DNA of 64,000 nucleotides from Eledone cirrhosa. Its lineage: Eukaryota. Below the pieces are notes generated by a model, which saw nothing but the letters and a program-made list of their open reading frames with translations, did no database searches and had not been told where the DNA came from. Positions 11,974 through 26,469 of the stretch are shown one piece after another (the stretch's first letter is position 1; each line of letters starts with the position of its first letter). Both the position numbers and the translations under genes were made by a program. Location: positions 41,416,001 through 41,480,000 of the forward strand of contig OZ024748.1 of NCBI GenBank assembly GCA_964016885.1, written 5' to 3'.

Positions 11974-12242
11974 AAGAATGAGAAATAAAATATATTAAGG
12001 TGACAGGCGGGATGGAATTGGGAAAAATGTCTTTAGATAAAAATAATAGGTCCATTCATGTTGACATACTTACACATATATATATATATACACATACACA
12101 CATATATACACATACATATATATATAGCTAGTCAACAACAACAACAACAACACCACTAATACTACCACCAACAACACAACTAACAATAACAGACATATTG
12201 AGAGGTGACCAAACTTATGAGAAACCAAGTAAAAGTCATATA

Positions 12243-12579
12243 TCATCATCAACATCATCATCATTTTTACGTCTGCTTTTCCCTGCATGCAAGGGTGGGA
12301 CGGGAACTGATTCTGGCTTGATTTCTACAGCTGGATGCCCTTCCTAACACCAACCTCATTTACAGTGAGTGTTGGGTGCTTTTTTGCCGTGGCACCTCCA
12401 CGACCACTTTGCAGTGGAATAATAGGGACCCCAGTCCCTATCATCTCATTTCTACAGCTGAGTAAACTGGAGCAATATGAAATAAAGTGTCTTGCTCAAG
12501 GAAACAACACATCACCCGGTCTGAGAATTTAACTCACAGCCTTTCGATTGCAAGGCCAATGCTCTAACCACTAAGCCAT
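12243..12579 (-). mobile_element. tRNA-SINE with bipartite RTE tail
   Basis: Reverse complement of 2016-2361, highly similar. Confidence 0.9.
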
Positions 12580-12701
12580 GTGCCTATATATATATATTAA
12601 CCCTGAATATAAACCTGATATAAATAAGATAATAAATAGATCTCCATATGACACTGCAAAATATCTAATCAAATTATTGTGTATATGTATGTCATATATA
12701 T

Positions 12702-12931
<230 letters not shown>

Positions 12932-13016
12932 TACACACATTCTCTCTCTCACTCCTGCACATATACCATTACCTCTATACCTGGTTTCTTTCAAACATAT
13001 GATAATACAGTTTCTC

Positions 13017-13047
<31 letters not shown>

Positions 13048-13082
13048 TATATATATACACATATATATATACACACATATAT

Positions 13083-13157
<75 letters not shown>

Positions 13158-13214
13158 TATATATATATGTATATACATATATATATTCATATATATACAT
13201 ATATATATATACAT

Positions 13215-13291
<77 letters not shown>

Positions 13292-13564
13292 CATATATAT
13301 ATATATTCATATATATATATAAGTTTTACTAAATATTTAAGCGCATCAAGACCCCCCCCCCCTTCCAACTGACTACTTGTACACTGATAACGATGTGCCT
13401 AGAATTATGTCTTCCTAATTCTGACAATGCGCCCAGTCAAGCAAGAAGCCATGTTTAGTCATGAATGTTTAAGTGAACCGTTTGATGCAAAAATACTTCT
13501 TGTTTGCTTTTCTTCATTTTCTCACGTAGAAGTGAGATACTCTTGTAAATACTGAGTTAATAAT

Positions 13565-16335
13565 GTATGGGACTGTGGGATTGTGGGACTGTCGGATTGT
13601 GGGATTGTGGGACTGTGGGACTGTAGGATTGTGGGACTGTAGCATTGTGGGATTGTGGGATTGTGGGATTGTAGGACTGTGAGACTGTGGGATTGTGGGA
13701 CTGTGGGACTGTGGGATTGTTGGATTGTAGGACTGTGAGACTGTGGGGCTGTTGGATTGTGGGACTGTGGGTCTGTGGGAGTGTGGGATTGTGGGATTGT
13801 GGGATTGTGGAACTGTGGGACTGTAGGACTGTGGGACTGTGGGATTGTGTGATTGTGGGACTGTGGGACTGTGAGATTGTGGAATTGTTGGACTGTAGGA
13901 CTGTAGGACTGTGGGATTATGGGATTGTGGGACTGTGGGACTATGGGACTGTGAGATTGTGGGATTGTGGGACTGTATTACTGTGGGACTGTGGGATTGT
14001 TGGATTGTAGGACTGTGGGACTGTGGGACTGTGGGATTGTGGTACTGTGGAATTGTGGTATTGTGGTATTGTGGGATTGTGGGATTGTGCGACTAGGGAC
14101 TGTGGGACTGAAGGATTGTGGAACTGTGGGACTGTGGGATTGTGGGATTGAGGAATTGTGGGACTGTGGGACTGTGAGACTGTAGGATTGTGGAACTGTG
14201 GGACTGTGGGATTGTGGGATTGTGGAATTGTAGGACTGTGGGATTGTGGGATTGTGGGACTGTGGGACTGTGGGACTGTGGGACTGTGGGATTGTGGGAG
14301 TATGGAACTGTGGTATTGTGGGATTGTAGGACTGTGGGACTGTGGGAGTGTGGGACTGTGGGATTGTGGGATTGTGGGACTGTGGGATTGTGGGATTGTG
14401 GGATTGTGGGATTGTGGGACTGTGGGATTGTGGGATTGTGGATCTGTGAGCCTGTGGGACTGTGGGATTGTGGGATTGTAGGACTGTGGGACTGAGGGAA
14501 TGTGGGATTGTGGGACTGTGGGACTGTGAGACTGTGGGACTGTGGGATTGTTGGATTGTGGGACCGTGGGACTGTGGGACTGTGGGATTGTGGGAGTATG
14601 GAACTGTGGGATTGTGGGATTGTGGGATTGTAGGATTGTGGGACTGTGGGAGTGTGGGACTGTGGGATTGTGGGATTGTGGGACTGTGGGACTGTGAGAT
14701 TGTGGAATTGTTGGACTGTAGGACTGTAGGACTGTGGGATTATGGGATTGTGGGACTGTGGGACTATGGGACTGTGAGATTGTGGGATTGTGGGACTGTA
14801 TTACTGTGGGACTGTGGGATTGTTGGATTGTAGGACTGTGGGACTGTGGGACTGTGGGATTGTGGTACTGTGGAATTGTGGTATTGTGGTATTGTGGGAT
14901 TGTGGGATTGTGCGACTAGGGACTGTGGGACTGAAGGATTGTGGAACTGTGGGACTGTGGGATTGTGGGATTGAGGAATTGTGGGACTGTGGGACTGTGA
15001 GACTGTAGGATTGTGGAACTGTGGGACTGTGGGATTGTGGGATTGTGGAATTGTAGGACTGTGGGATTGTGGGATTGTGGGACTGTGGGACTGTGGGACT
15101 GTGGGACTGTGGGATTGTGGGAGTATGGAACTGTGGTATTGTGGGATTGTAGGACTGTGGGACTGTGGGAGTGTGGGACTGTGGGATTGTGGGATTGTGG
15201 GACTGTGGGATTGTGGGATTGTGGGATTGTGGGATTGTGGGACTGTGGGATTGTGGGATTGTGGATCTGTGAGCCTGTGGGACTGTGGGATTGTGGGATT
15301 GTAGGACTGTGGGACTGAGGGAATGTGGGATTGTGGGACTGTGGGACTGTGAGACTGTGGGACTGTGGGATTGTTGGATTGTGGGACCGTGGGACTGTGG
15401 GACTGTGGGATTGTGGGAGTATGGAACTGTGGGATTGTGGGATTGTGGGATTGTAGGATTGTGGGACTGTGGGAGTGTAGGACTGTGGGATTGTGGGATT
15501 GTGGGACTGTGGGATTGTGGGATTGTGGAACTGTGGGACTGTAGGACTTTGGGATTGTGGAATTGTTGGACTGTAGGACTGTGGGACTGTGGGATTGTGG
15601 GATTGTGGGACTGTATTACTGTGGGACTGTGGGATTGTATGACTGTGGGACTCTGGGATTGTGGGATTGTGGTACTGTGGAATTGTGGGATTGTGGTATT
15701 GTGGGATTGTGGGACTGTGGGATTGTGGAACTGTGGGATTGTGGGATTGTGGGACTGTGGGACTGTGGGATTGTGGGATTGAGGAATTGTGGGACTGTGG
15801 GACTGTGAGACTGTAGGATTGTGGAACTGTGTGACTGTGGGATTGTTGGATTGTGGAATTGTAGGACTGTGGGATTGTGGGATTGTGGGATTGAGGAATT
15901 GTGGGACTGTGGGACTGTGGGACTGTGGGATTGTGGGATTGTGGAACTGTGTGACTGTGGGATTGTTGGATTGTGGAATTGTAGGACTGTGGGATTGTGG
16001 GATTGTGGGACTGTGGGGCTGTGGTACTGTGGGATTGTAGGACTATGGGACTGAGGGAATGTGGGATTGTGGGACTGTGGAACGGTGGGATTGTAGGATT
16101 GTGGGATTGTGGGACTGTGGGACTGTGGGACTGTGGGACTGTGGGATTGTGGGATTGTGGATCTGTGTGCCTGTGGGACTGTGGGATTGTGGGATTGTGG
16201 GACTGTGGGATTGTAGGACTGTGGGACTGAGGGATTGTGGGACTGTGGGACTGTGGGACTGTGGGATTGTGGGATTGTGGGATTGTGGATTGTTGGACTG
16301 TGGTACTGTGGGACTGTGGGACTGTGGGACTGTGA
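13565..16335. repeat. 8-bp satellite (TGTGGGAY)n with an 823-bp higher-order duplication
   Basis: Tandem TGTGGGAC/TGTGGGAT units. Matching translated ORFs are offset by 823 bp (13911/14734, 14158/14981, 14462/15285). Confidence 0.95.
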
Positions 16336-16993
16336 CATTAAAGGGTTTTATTAGTGTGAGACTGTACCTTTGTGGTATTTGTGGGAGTGTATCTATATTG
16401 GAAAGAAAGTGAGGGTGGGAGGAGAGATTGTTATATAGTAAATGTTAGAAGGGTTAACGGTAATATGAGAGAGGGGGATAGAAAGGGGAGGGAGAGAGGG
16501 GAGATAGAGGGGAGAGAGGTGGGGGAGATAGAGAAGTAATATTATATATGAGATAGAATCCTGAAGGAACATTTACAATTATTCTCAGTGTTTTTCTAGG
16601 AGTAAAGGGAAAGCCAGCCTTGTTTCTGTTTATCTTAAACTAACAAAACAGGTTTATATTATAAAATTGTCAGGTGAGATACACAAGAAATTAAGCGTGC
16701 CATTTATTACAAAATAACAAAAATCCAGCCTTTGTCATAAAACCCACCCCAACATCCAACCTTTGTCATAAAACCCACCCAACACCCAGTCATTGTCATA
16801 AAACCACATCAGTAGTTGAAAAATAGATTCTCTTGTTTAAAAAATCAAAACAAAAACAACTCTGTTGTTGGGAAAGAAAAGAAAAACATCAACTTTGTTG
16901 AAAAACCTCACCAGTCGTTGAAAATGTAATTCTCTTGATAATATATAAAATATATAGTGTATATATAGTGTATATAGTGTATATATATATATA

Positions 16994-17051
<58 letters not shown>

Positions 17052-17166
17052 TGTACATATATATATATAGTGTATATATAGTGTATATAGTGTATATATA
17101 TATATAGTGTATAGAAATATATATATAATGTATATATATATATATATATAGTATATATATATAGTG

Positions 17167-17266
<100 letters not shown>

Positions 17267-17750
17267 TACATTATGGGATTTAGGGATTTAATCCTGGTAT
17301 GTATATAAGCATTTCTAACTTTAATTTTATACCTAATTGTGTATGGTTGACCGTATATTTAATTAATTTCCACGTGCTGTTGAAATGTTGGGTTAAACAT
17401 TCTATAGCGGTTGGCCGCGAAGACGCTGCCATCGTTTATTTATTTACTGTTTCTTCATAGGTGCCTAAAGAATAATTTAGGAATATTATTATTAATAGAG
17501 ATGTAGAAAGGAGCATTATACCAGATTATGTTTTTGTATCTAGGTCTTTTATTAAAGTTATTGGAATGATCATGATTAATTATTCTACTGTAAGATCTTC
17601 TAGAATTTGTTTCTTTACTATATTTGATTTTATCAGGATAGCCGGCTTTAGAAAGCGCGTTATTATAGTAATTGGCGTTAGCATCAAAGATGTTTTTATT
17701 AGAAGATACGTTAGATATTCTTTTTCCAATATTACTAACTATAGCATTCT

Positions 17751-18630
17751 TAGATACAAAAACATAATCAGGTATAATGCTCCTTTCTCCATCTCTATTA
17801 ATAATAATATTCCTAAATTATTCTTTAGTGCCTTAAATAAATGCTTCCCTCCCTCACATATCTATAGTAAAATATTTAACAAACACACTATAAAATTTTC
17901 CTATTCGACATCCTCCAACATTTCCAACATTATCTCTAAACACAACAATAAAATACTAAATACTAAATCTCTTCCTTCCAACACTGAATATCATAATAAT
18001 AGTAATAGTACTCCCGACGTCATTGTAAACTCTAGGCTAATTTCTGCAAACCCAAATACAACGTCAAACACAACTTCGCTAAATGTTCTTAATCCCATTC
18101 TAAATCAAGAAACTATTATTCCTATCGCAAATAACTGATCCAATCCAATTCCTTCTATAGATAACACTAGGTCACTCGTTAATAATCTCTCCAATCGCAA
18201 TTGCAATTGCCCTGCTAAAAATAAATGTCCTCTCAACAACCATTGTCTTGATATAAACTTAATCTACGAATGTAAAGTTATAACTGACACCAATTCCTTC
18301 ACCTATTTTGGCTCCACTTCCACCTCCTTTAAAGCTCGTCTTTATAATCATCATTCGTCTTTTAAATACCAACTTAAAAGAACCAACACGGCTCTCTCAG
18401 AACTCATATGGTCCTTGAAAAACAAAAATATTAAATATAACATCTCTTGGAAAAAGGTTTCTTCTGCTTCTCCATACTTGAACAGTTCTCTATCCAAGAC
18501 TTGCAATCTCTGTCTAAATGAAAAATTTACCATTATATCTAATTTAGATTCTATAATAAATAGACGCACTGACTTGTTTTCTCTCTGCTTGCATAAATTC
18601 CACAGAACATTCCATAAAGTATACAGCTAA
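17751..18630 (+). pseudogene. Penelope-like RT C-terminus, linker and GIY-YIG endonuclease
   Basis: ORFs 17566-18138 and 18415-18630 share one frame. My translation across the gap shows only one stop, TGA at 18136-18138. Confidence 0.85.
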
Positions 18631-19064
18631 TATCCAATACTTTATCAATTTAGAATCCTTTTCTCAAAGGCACATATATATATATACTTCTTTAAAAATA
18701 TACCCATCTTTCTACCTTATTTCAAAGTTATTTATTATACATTATATAATACTTGTTACTCATTCTATATCACTCCTATTTATCACTTCCCTTTCTTCCT
18801 TTTCCTTTTCTTTTTCTTTTAATTTCTAACCCATAATCCTAACCTTTTCTCACTGTGCCTAACATAGAAACAATTATTACACAATACAATATATACTTAC
18901 TTTATATCACCTTGAAAAAATCCTTCGTAAACATAAACATTTTTTTGACGTTAGATTATTCATCCTCAATTCATTATTTTTTCCTCACTTTCATGTTTCA
19001 TCCTATCTTCTACTTTTTTCACAATATATCCTTACTTACATTACCTTTGCTATTTTTAATAATA

Positions 19065-19228
19065 CATATCAACATTTTCTTTCCATCGCACATATTATTA
19101 AACCCTTAAATATTATTCTTAATACACATTAACATTTTCTTTCCATCGCACATATTATTAAACCCTTAAATATTATTCTTAATACATATTAACAATTTCT
19201 TTTCATCGCACATATTATTAAACCCTTC
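19065..19228. repeat. 60-bp tandem repeat, about 2.7 copies, in the Penelope-like 3' UTR
   Basis: TTCCATCGCACATATTATTAAACCCTT recurs at 19081, 19141 and 19201. Confidence 0.85.
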
Positions 19229-19585
19229 AATATACAAACCTTAACTTTACATTATTTTTCTCTTCGTTAATTTTCAAATTCTTTTAATTTATACATTATC
19301 TTCTAACGGTTGGTTTTTCAACCTCTCTATGTAAAACAATATATTTTTCTCAGTTATAAAAGCTATCTCTCTCTCTCTATCACCCATCTCTCCTCCTATC
19401 TCATCCTTCCTCATTATACTCCTCCCCCTCCACTTTTTACTCTCATCTCCTCCTCTTTTTCACCCTTCCCCCCCCCAAAAAAAATGTTCTCCCAATATAA
19501 CACATCAATCTAAAACTACTTTTCATATGTTGATTTAAAACTGCACTATCCACAAGTGTTTTTTAACCTTCATATCATGTCTTCC

Positions 19586-19656
19586 TATTTTATCTGATGA
19601 AAACACAAATGTTATTGCATGATGATATTTGTTTTTGAAATGCGCATAATAAAATA
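19586..19656 (+). ncRNA. hammerhead ribozyme
   Basis: TATTTTAT CTGATGA [long stem II AAACACAAATGTTATT-GCAT-GATGATATTTGTTTTT] GAAA TGCGCA TA/ATAAAATA. Stem I is 8 bp and stem III is the palindrome ATGCGCAT. Confidence 0.85.
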
Positions 19657-19944
19657 CATGGAACTCTTTTAACCATCTTATGTATACTCCAGTCCTACAA
19701 ACTGTAGAGTGCTTCTTATCCGATATCTGCATTGCTTTATTGGACTACAATAAAACTCACCTCCTACATATATATATATATATATCGTGTACATATATAT
19801 ATATAGTGTATATATAGTGTATATAGTGTATAGAAATATATAGTGTATATATAGTGTATATAGTGTATAGAAATATATATATAATGTATATATATATATA
19901 TATATATAGTATATATATATATATATATAGTGTATATGTATATA

Positions 19945-20017
<73 letters not shown>

Positions 20018-20339
20018 TACATTATGGGATTTAGGGATTTAATCCTGGTATGTATATAAGCATTTCTAACTTTAATTTTATACCTAATTGTGTATGGTTG
20101 ACCGTATATTTAATTAATTTCCACGTGCTGTTGAAATGTTGGGTAAAACATTCTATAGCGTTTGGCCGCGAAGACGCTGCCATCGTTTATTTATTTACTG
20201 TTTCTTCATAGGTGCCTTTTAATCTTATATCCTGGTCTAATTAATTTTTTGTGTGGTTAATAATGCTAATTGGGAGAAGAAATTATGTGTATATATTATC
20301 AAATGATTCTATGGACATGCTTTACTTTATATATATATA

Positions 20340-20439
<100 letters not shown>

Positions 20440-20483
20440 AAGTTAAATAAAAGTCAAATGATTAAAATTTAGCTTCGTTTATT

Positions 20484-20538
20484 ACTGCTATATATATTTC
20501 AGTGACAGCCATCTTTGGCTGTGACCTCTTCAGGCAGT
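20484..20538 (-). ncRNA. hammerhead ribozyme (mirror copy)
   Basis: Exact reverse complement of 20730-20784. Confidence 0.85.
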
Positions 20539-20729
20539 TTGAATTAGTATGGTATAGACAAGTACATATGTTGTTTAGGTGTATGATATTGTCAATACTC
20601 TGATATGCCCAGTTCCTTGCTGGGTTGTTGAGTGAATTAACAACCCAGCAAGCAACTGGGCATATCAGAGTATTGACAATATCATACACCTAAACAACAT
20701 ATGTACTTGTCTATACCATACTAATTCAA

Positions 20730-20784
20730 ACTGCCTGAAGAGGTCACAGCCAAAGATGGCTGTCACTGAAATATATATAGCAGT
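20730..20784 (+). ncRNA. hammerhead ribozyme
   Basis: ACTGC CTGAAGA G GTCACAGCCA-AAGA-TGGCTGTCAC T GAAA TATATA TA/GCAGT, followed by AATAAA. Confidence 0.85.
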
Positions 20785-20995
20785 AATAAACGAAGCTAAA
20801 TTTTAATCATTTGACTTTTATTTAACTTTATTTTACACTACTCCGGAGTAACCAAACCAACCTGCGCACTTCGTCGAGTGCTCCAGCCTGCATACTAAGG
20901 TGTTGGTATACAACCAACATAAACTCAAAATCTATATATATATATATATATATATAGTGTATATATAAATACACTATATACACTATATATATATA

Positions 20996-21035
<40 letters not shown>

Positions 21036-22784
21036 TATATATATATATATATACATTTTTGGGACGCCCTCTCTCTCTATATATATATATTTGTGTGTGT
21101 GTAGGGAGCAGGTGGAGGGGGAGAGGGAAGAGTGAGAGACGTTCTATTAGGTTTGTTCTTTTTTTTTCCTGTGCCTTTGGATTTTATATTTTGTTTTTTT
21201 AATTTTCGATACGACAGAAGTTAGACAAAAACCAACCAGGTTTTACTTTTTTGCACTATAAGGGAGAAATTATGATGTTCAATGTTTCGAAATATTGTCC
21301 TTTCACGAAGAAAGGTAGAGAGGGGTGGGGGAGAAAGAAAGAAAACGAAAGAAAGAAAGAGACAGGCAAAGAATGGAGAGATGCAGTAGTGAAAAAGGTT
21401 ATATTATTTATAATATGGTTCAATACATTCCACCCGACGTTCTAACAACTCTGCCATTTCATGGCCTTAGATACTTTCTTTATCGATACTAAAAAAATAA
21501 AATGCAAAATGGATGTGAACGGGATTTGAACTCGGAGCTGAGAGAAGCCTAACACACAGCCAATGCTCTAACCACCGAGCTAATGGTCCAATATATATAA
21601 TATACCATAAGACAGTCAGCAAGGCTTTCTCCCTACTCCCACCGTCATCTATTGTTTTCTCTTTAACTCTATCTTCACACCTGTTGGCAAAACTTTTCAT
21701 TTTGTCATTTTCTAGGTTCAATGTCTTTAGACATTCTCACAATGCCGCAGGAAAATAGAGGATTTTTGGAAACTAACAAAAAGCAAAACAAAAAAAAACA
21801 AAACAAGACAATAACAAAAAAATAGCAATAATAACAAAAGCAACAACAATAAGAAAAAACAGCATCAACAACAACAGCAATAACAACAACAACAAAAGTA
21901 ACAATGATAACAACAACAACAACAACAACAACAACAGCAGCAAGAACAATAATGAAAACAGCAACAACAACAACAAAAACAATGACAAAAACAACGACAA
22001 AAACAAGAGTAACAACAAGAAATTAACATCGTTATTTATCTTTCTCTGCTGCATGAATAACTCCTATTTGAAATTATGTTGTTGTCATAGTTGTTGTTGT
22101 TGTTGGGGTAATTTAGGGGGGGGGGGATTCTAACTTCCTTTCTTCCTCTCTTTCTTCCCTCTGCCCATTCCTAAAGACACACTGACACGAAATGATGGAG
22201 AAATTATAAAGCTCCGCCGCTCCACTCACGCCCTCACCCCCCTAAAAACCAACATATGACCACGTCTCTTTCTTTATTCCTTTAAGCGTTTCAGTGGCGT
22301 GAAGAGAAAAGAACATTGTTGTACACTCCTACACACACACACACTCACACATACACACACTTCTACACATACACTCATACACACACACACACACATTCTT
22401 ATACATACACACATACACACACTCTCTCATACATAGATACACTCCTACATACATACACACTCTCATACATACACACACTCCTACATACACACACACACTC
22501 CTACATATATATACACACACATACATACACACATACATACATACATACACACACATACATACCGACATACATACATACACACATACATACATACACACAT
22601 ACATACATACATACATACATACATACATACACACACACACAGATACATACATACATACATACATACATACACACATACATACATACATACATACATACAT
22701 ACATACATACATACATACATACATACATACACACATACATACACTCAGAGAGAGAAACATACAAAGAGAGAGATAGACATACAC

Positions 22785-25565
22785 ACACACACTTCTACAC
22801 AGAAACACACACACACTTCTACACAGAAACATACACACACTTCTACACAGAAACACACACACACTTCTACACAGAAACACACACACACTTCTACACAGAA
22901 ACACACACACACACTTCTACACAGAAACACACACACACACTTCTACACAGAAACACACACACACTTCTACACAGAAACATACACACACTTCTACACAGAA
23001 ACACACACACACTTCTACACAGAAACACACACACACTTCTACACAGAAACACACACACACACTTCTACACAGAAACACACACACACTTCTACACAGAAAC
23101 ACACACACACTTCTACACAGAAACACACACACACTTCTACACAGAAACACACACACTCATACACAGAAACACACACACACACTTCTACACAGACACACAC
23201 ACACACTTCTACACAGAAACACACACACACACTTCTACACAGAAACACACACACACTTCTACACAGAAACACACACACACACTTCTACACAGAAACACAC
23301 ACACACTCCTACACAGAAACACACACACACTTCTACACAGAAACACACACACACTCCTACACAGAAACACACACACTCATACACAGAAACACACACACAC
23401 TCATACACAGAAACACACACACACTTCTACACAGAAACACACACACTCATACACAGAAAGACACACACACTCCTACACAGAAACACACACACACTTCTAC
23501 ACAGAAACACACACACACTCCTACACAGAAACACACACACACTTCTACACAGAAACACACACACACTTCTACACAGAAACACACACACACTTCTACACAG
23601 AAACACACACACTCATACACAGAAACACACACACACTTCTACACAGAAACACACACACACTCATACACAGAAACACACACACACTTCTATACAGAAACAC
23701 ACACACTCATACACAGAAAGACACACACACTCCTACACAGAAACACACACACACTTCTACACAGAAACACACACACACACTTCTACACAGAAACACACAC
23801 ACACTCCTACACAGAAACACACACACTCATACACAGAAACACACACACACTCATACACAGAAACACACACACACTTCTACACAGAAACACACACACACTT
23901 CTACACAGGAACACACACACTCATACACAGAAACACACACACACTTCTACACAGAAACACACACACTTCTACACAGAAACACACACACACTTCTACACAG
24001 AAACACACACACACTCATACACAGAAACACACACACACTCATACACAGAAACACACACACACTCATACACAGAAACACACACACACTTCTACACAGAAAC
24101 ACACACACACTCCTACACAGAAACACACACACACTTCTACACAGAAACACACACACACTTCTACACAGAAACACACACACACTTCTACACAGAAACACAC
24201 ACACTCATACACAGAAACACACACACACTCATACACAGAAACACACACACACTTCTACACAGAAACACACACATACTTCTACACAGAAACACACACACAC
24301 TTCTACACAGAAACACACACACACTCCTACACAGAAACACACACACACTTCTACACAGAAACACACACACACTCCTACACAGAAACACACACACACTCAT
24401 ACACAGAAACACACACACACTTCTACACAGAAACACACACACACTTCTACACAGAAACACACACACTCATACACAGAAACACACACACTTCTACACAGAA
24501 ACACACACACTTCTACACAGAAACACACACACACTTCTACACAGAAACACACACACACTCCTACACAGAGAGACACACACACTTCTACACAGAAACACAC
24601 ACACACTTCTACACAGAAACACACACACACTCCTACACAGAAAGACACACACACTCCTACACAGAAAGGCACACACACTTCTACACAGAAACACACACAC
24701 ACTTCTACATAGAAACACACACACACTTCTACACAGAAACACACACACTCATACACAGAAACACACACACACTTCTACACAGAAACACACACACTCATAC
24801 ACAGAAACACACACACACACTTCTACACAGAACACACACACACTCATACACAGAAACACACACACTCTTTCACAGAAACACACACATACTTCTACACAGA
24901 AAGACACACACACTTCTACACAGAAACACACACATACTTGTACACAGAAACACACACACACTTCTACACAGAAACACACACACTCATACACAGAAACACA
25001 CACACACTTCTACACAGAAACACACACACTCCTACACAGAAACACACACACTCATACACAGAAACACACACACACTCCTACACAGAAACACACACACACT
25101 TCTACACAGAAACACACACACTCATACACAGAAACACACACGCACTTCTACACAGAAACACACACACACTCCTACACAGAAACACACACACTCATACACA
25201 GAAACACACACACACTTCTACACAGAAACACACACACACTTCTACACAGAAACACACACACTCATACACAGAAACACACACACACTCCTACACAGAAACA
25301 CACACACACTTCTACACAGAAACACACACACTCATACACAGAAACACACACACACTCCTACACAGAAACACACACACACTTCTACACAGAAATACACACA
25401 CTCATACACAGAAACACACACACACTTCTACACAGAAACACACACACACTCCTACACAGAAACACACACACTCATACACAGAAACACACACACACTTCTA
25501 CACAGAAACACACACACACTTCTACACAGAAACACACACACACTCCTACACAGAAACACACACAT
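22785..25565. repeat. about 20-24-bp (CA)-rich minisatellite
   Basis: Unit CTTCTACACAGAAA(CA)n, with CTCATA and CTCCTA variants. Confidence 0.95.
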
Positions 25566-25697
25566 ACAGGGACAAGGCCCGTGAGTTCCCAAGACAGGTT
25601 GCCTACCCAATCCAACAAAGTCCCATGTCACAATCTTAACAACAGTTATTACAATGACATACAATAGAAACCTCTCTCTCCCTCCCCCTATCTCCCT

Positions 25698-25754
<57 letters not shown>

Positions 25755-25839
25755 TCTTTACATAATTATTGTCTCTTTACTTCGATAATCAACATGTAAT
25801 ATCACACCTACACCTCACGCACTCGGGTAATACTCCTTC

Positions 25840-25902
<63 letters not shown>

Positions 25903-25905
<3 letters not shown>

Positions 25906-26469
25906 TGGCTGCCAACTCGTTTTCGAGTACGGCCACTACTTTATATCCATGTAGGAGAACCCCCACCGATGCGCTGAACGAGTGTGACTTTTTAGTCCAG
26001 CCAGCGACTTGAAAACTCTGGTACAAACACTACACCTGTGACAATTATTGACACATAGTGCAGGGCCCATGGTACCATGTGATGACAAGTGCAGAGAGAT
26101 CTCCAGATATAAAGCAATGCCTGTGCCGTGAAGCTTTTATAGTGCACAAAGCCAGTCCCACTCTCTCAACCAAGATGATATTTACCAAAAAGAAGAACAA
26201 GTCAACATCATTGGATACCATCAGAGTTGCAGGTGTTATATCAGAGTTTTCCTTCTCCTAGAATTCTGCCTTGACAAAGGCTAAGGGGTTATCTCTCCCG
26301 GTGATTTTGGATGGCCATTGACTCTTAAGAGCTTCTTTGCCCTTTGACAGGTTTTGTTTTTAGTCCTGCAGGATGTCCAAAGTCACCCTCCTCACCAAGA
26401 AACCTTGGTGGGGTTGCCAGTTTAGTCGCCAACTACCCGACCATGAGACGGGTTGTACTGGGATACATG
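25903..26469 (-). mobile_element. about 570-bp dispersed non-coding repeat, probably retroposon-derived
   Basis: Near-identical inverted copy at 48096-48674. Both copies abut (TA)n. Strand assignment is tentative. Confidence 0.75.

Larger units (their letters stand above)
17467..19766 (+). mobile_element. Penelope-like retroelement, 5'-truncated and 5'-inverted, with C-terminal GIY-YIG
   Basis: 17751-18630 on + reads RYKNIIRYNAPFS...IFNKHTIKFSYS...CNCPAKNKCPLNNHC..NLIYECKV...TYFGSTSTSFKARLYNH...CNLCLNEK. 17467-17750 on - encodes the preceding RT thumb (NIGKRISNVSSNKNIF...YYNNALSKAGY). Hammerhead near the 3' end. Confidence 0.9.

Noticed and set aside
13565-16335. Interstitial telomere
   Set aside because: The unit is TGTGGGAY, not TTAGGG.
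18136-18138. In-frame TGA as selenocysteine or readthrough in the Penelope-like ORF
   Set aside because: It lies in a low-complexity linker rather than at a conserved Cys, the copy is truncated, and I saw no SECIS. A CGA-to-TGA decay is simpler.
22316-25639. His/Thr-rich ORFs of 798 aa and 233 aa
   Set aside because: They are translations of the (CA)-rich minisatellite.
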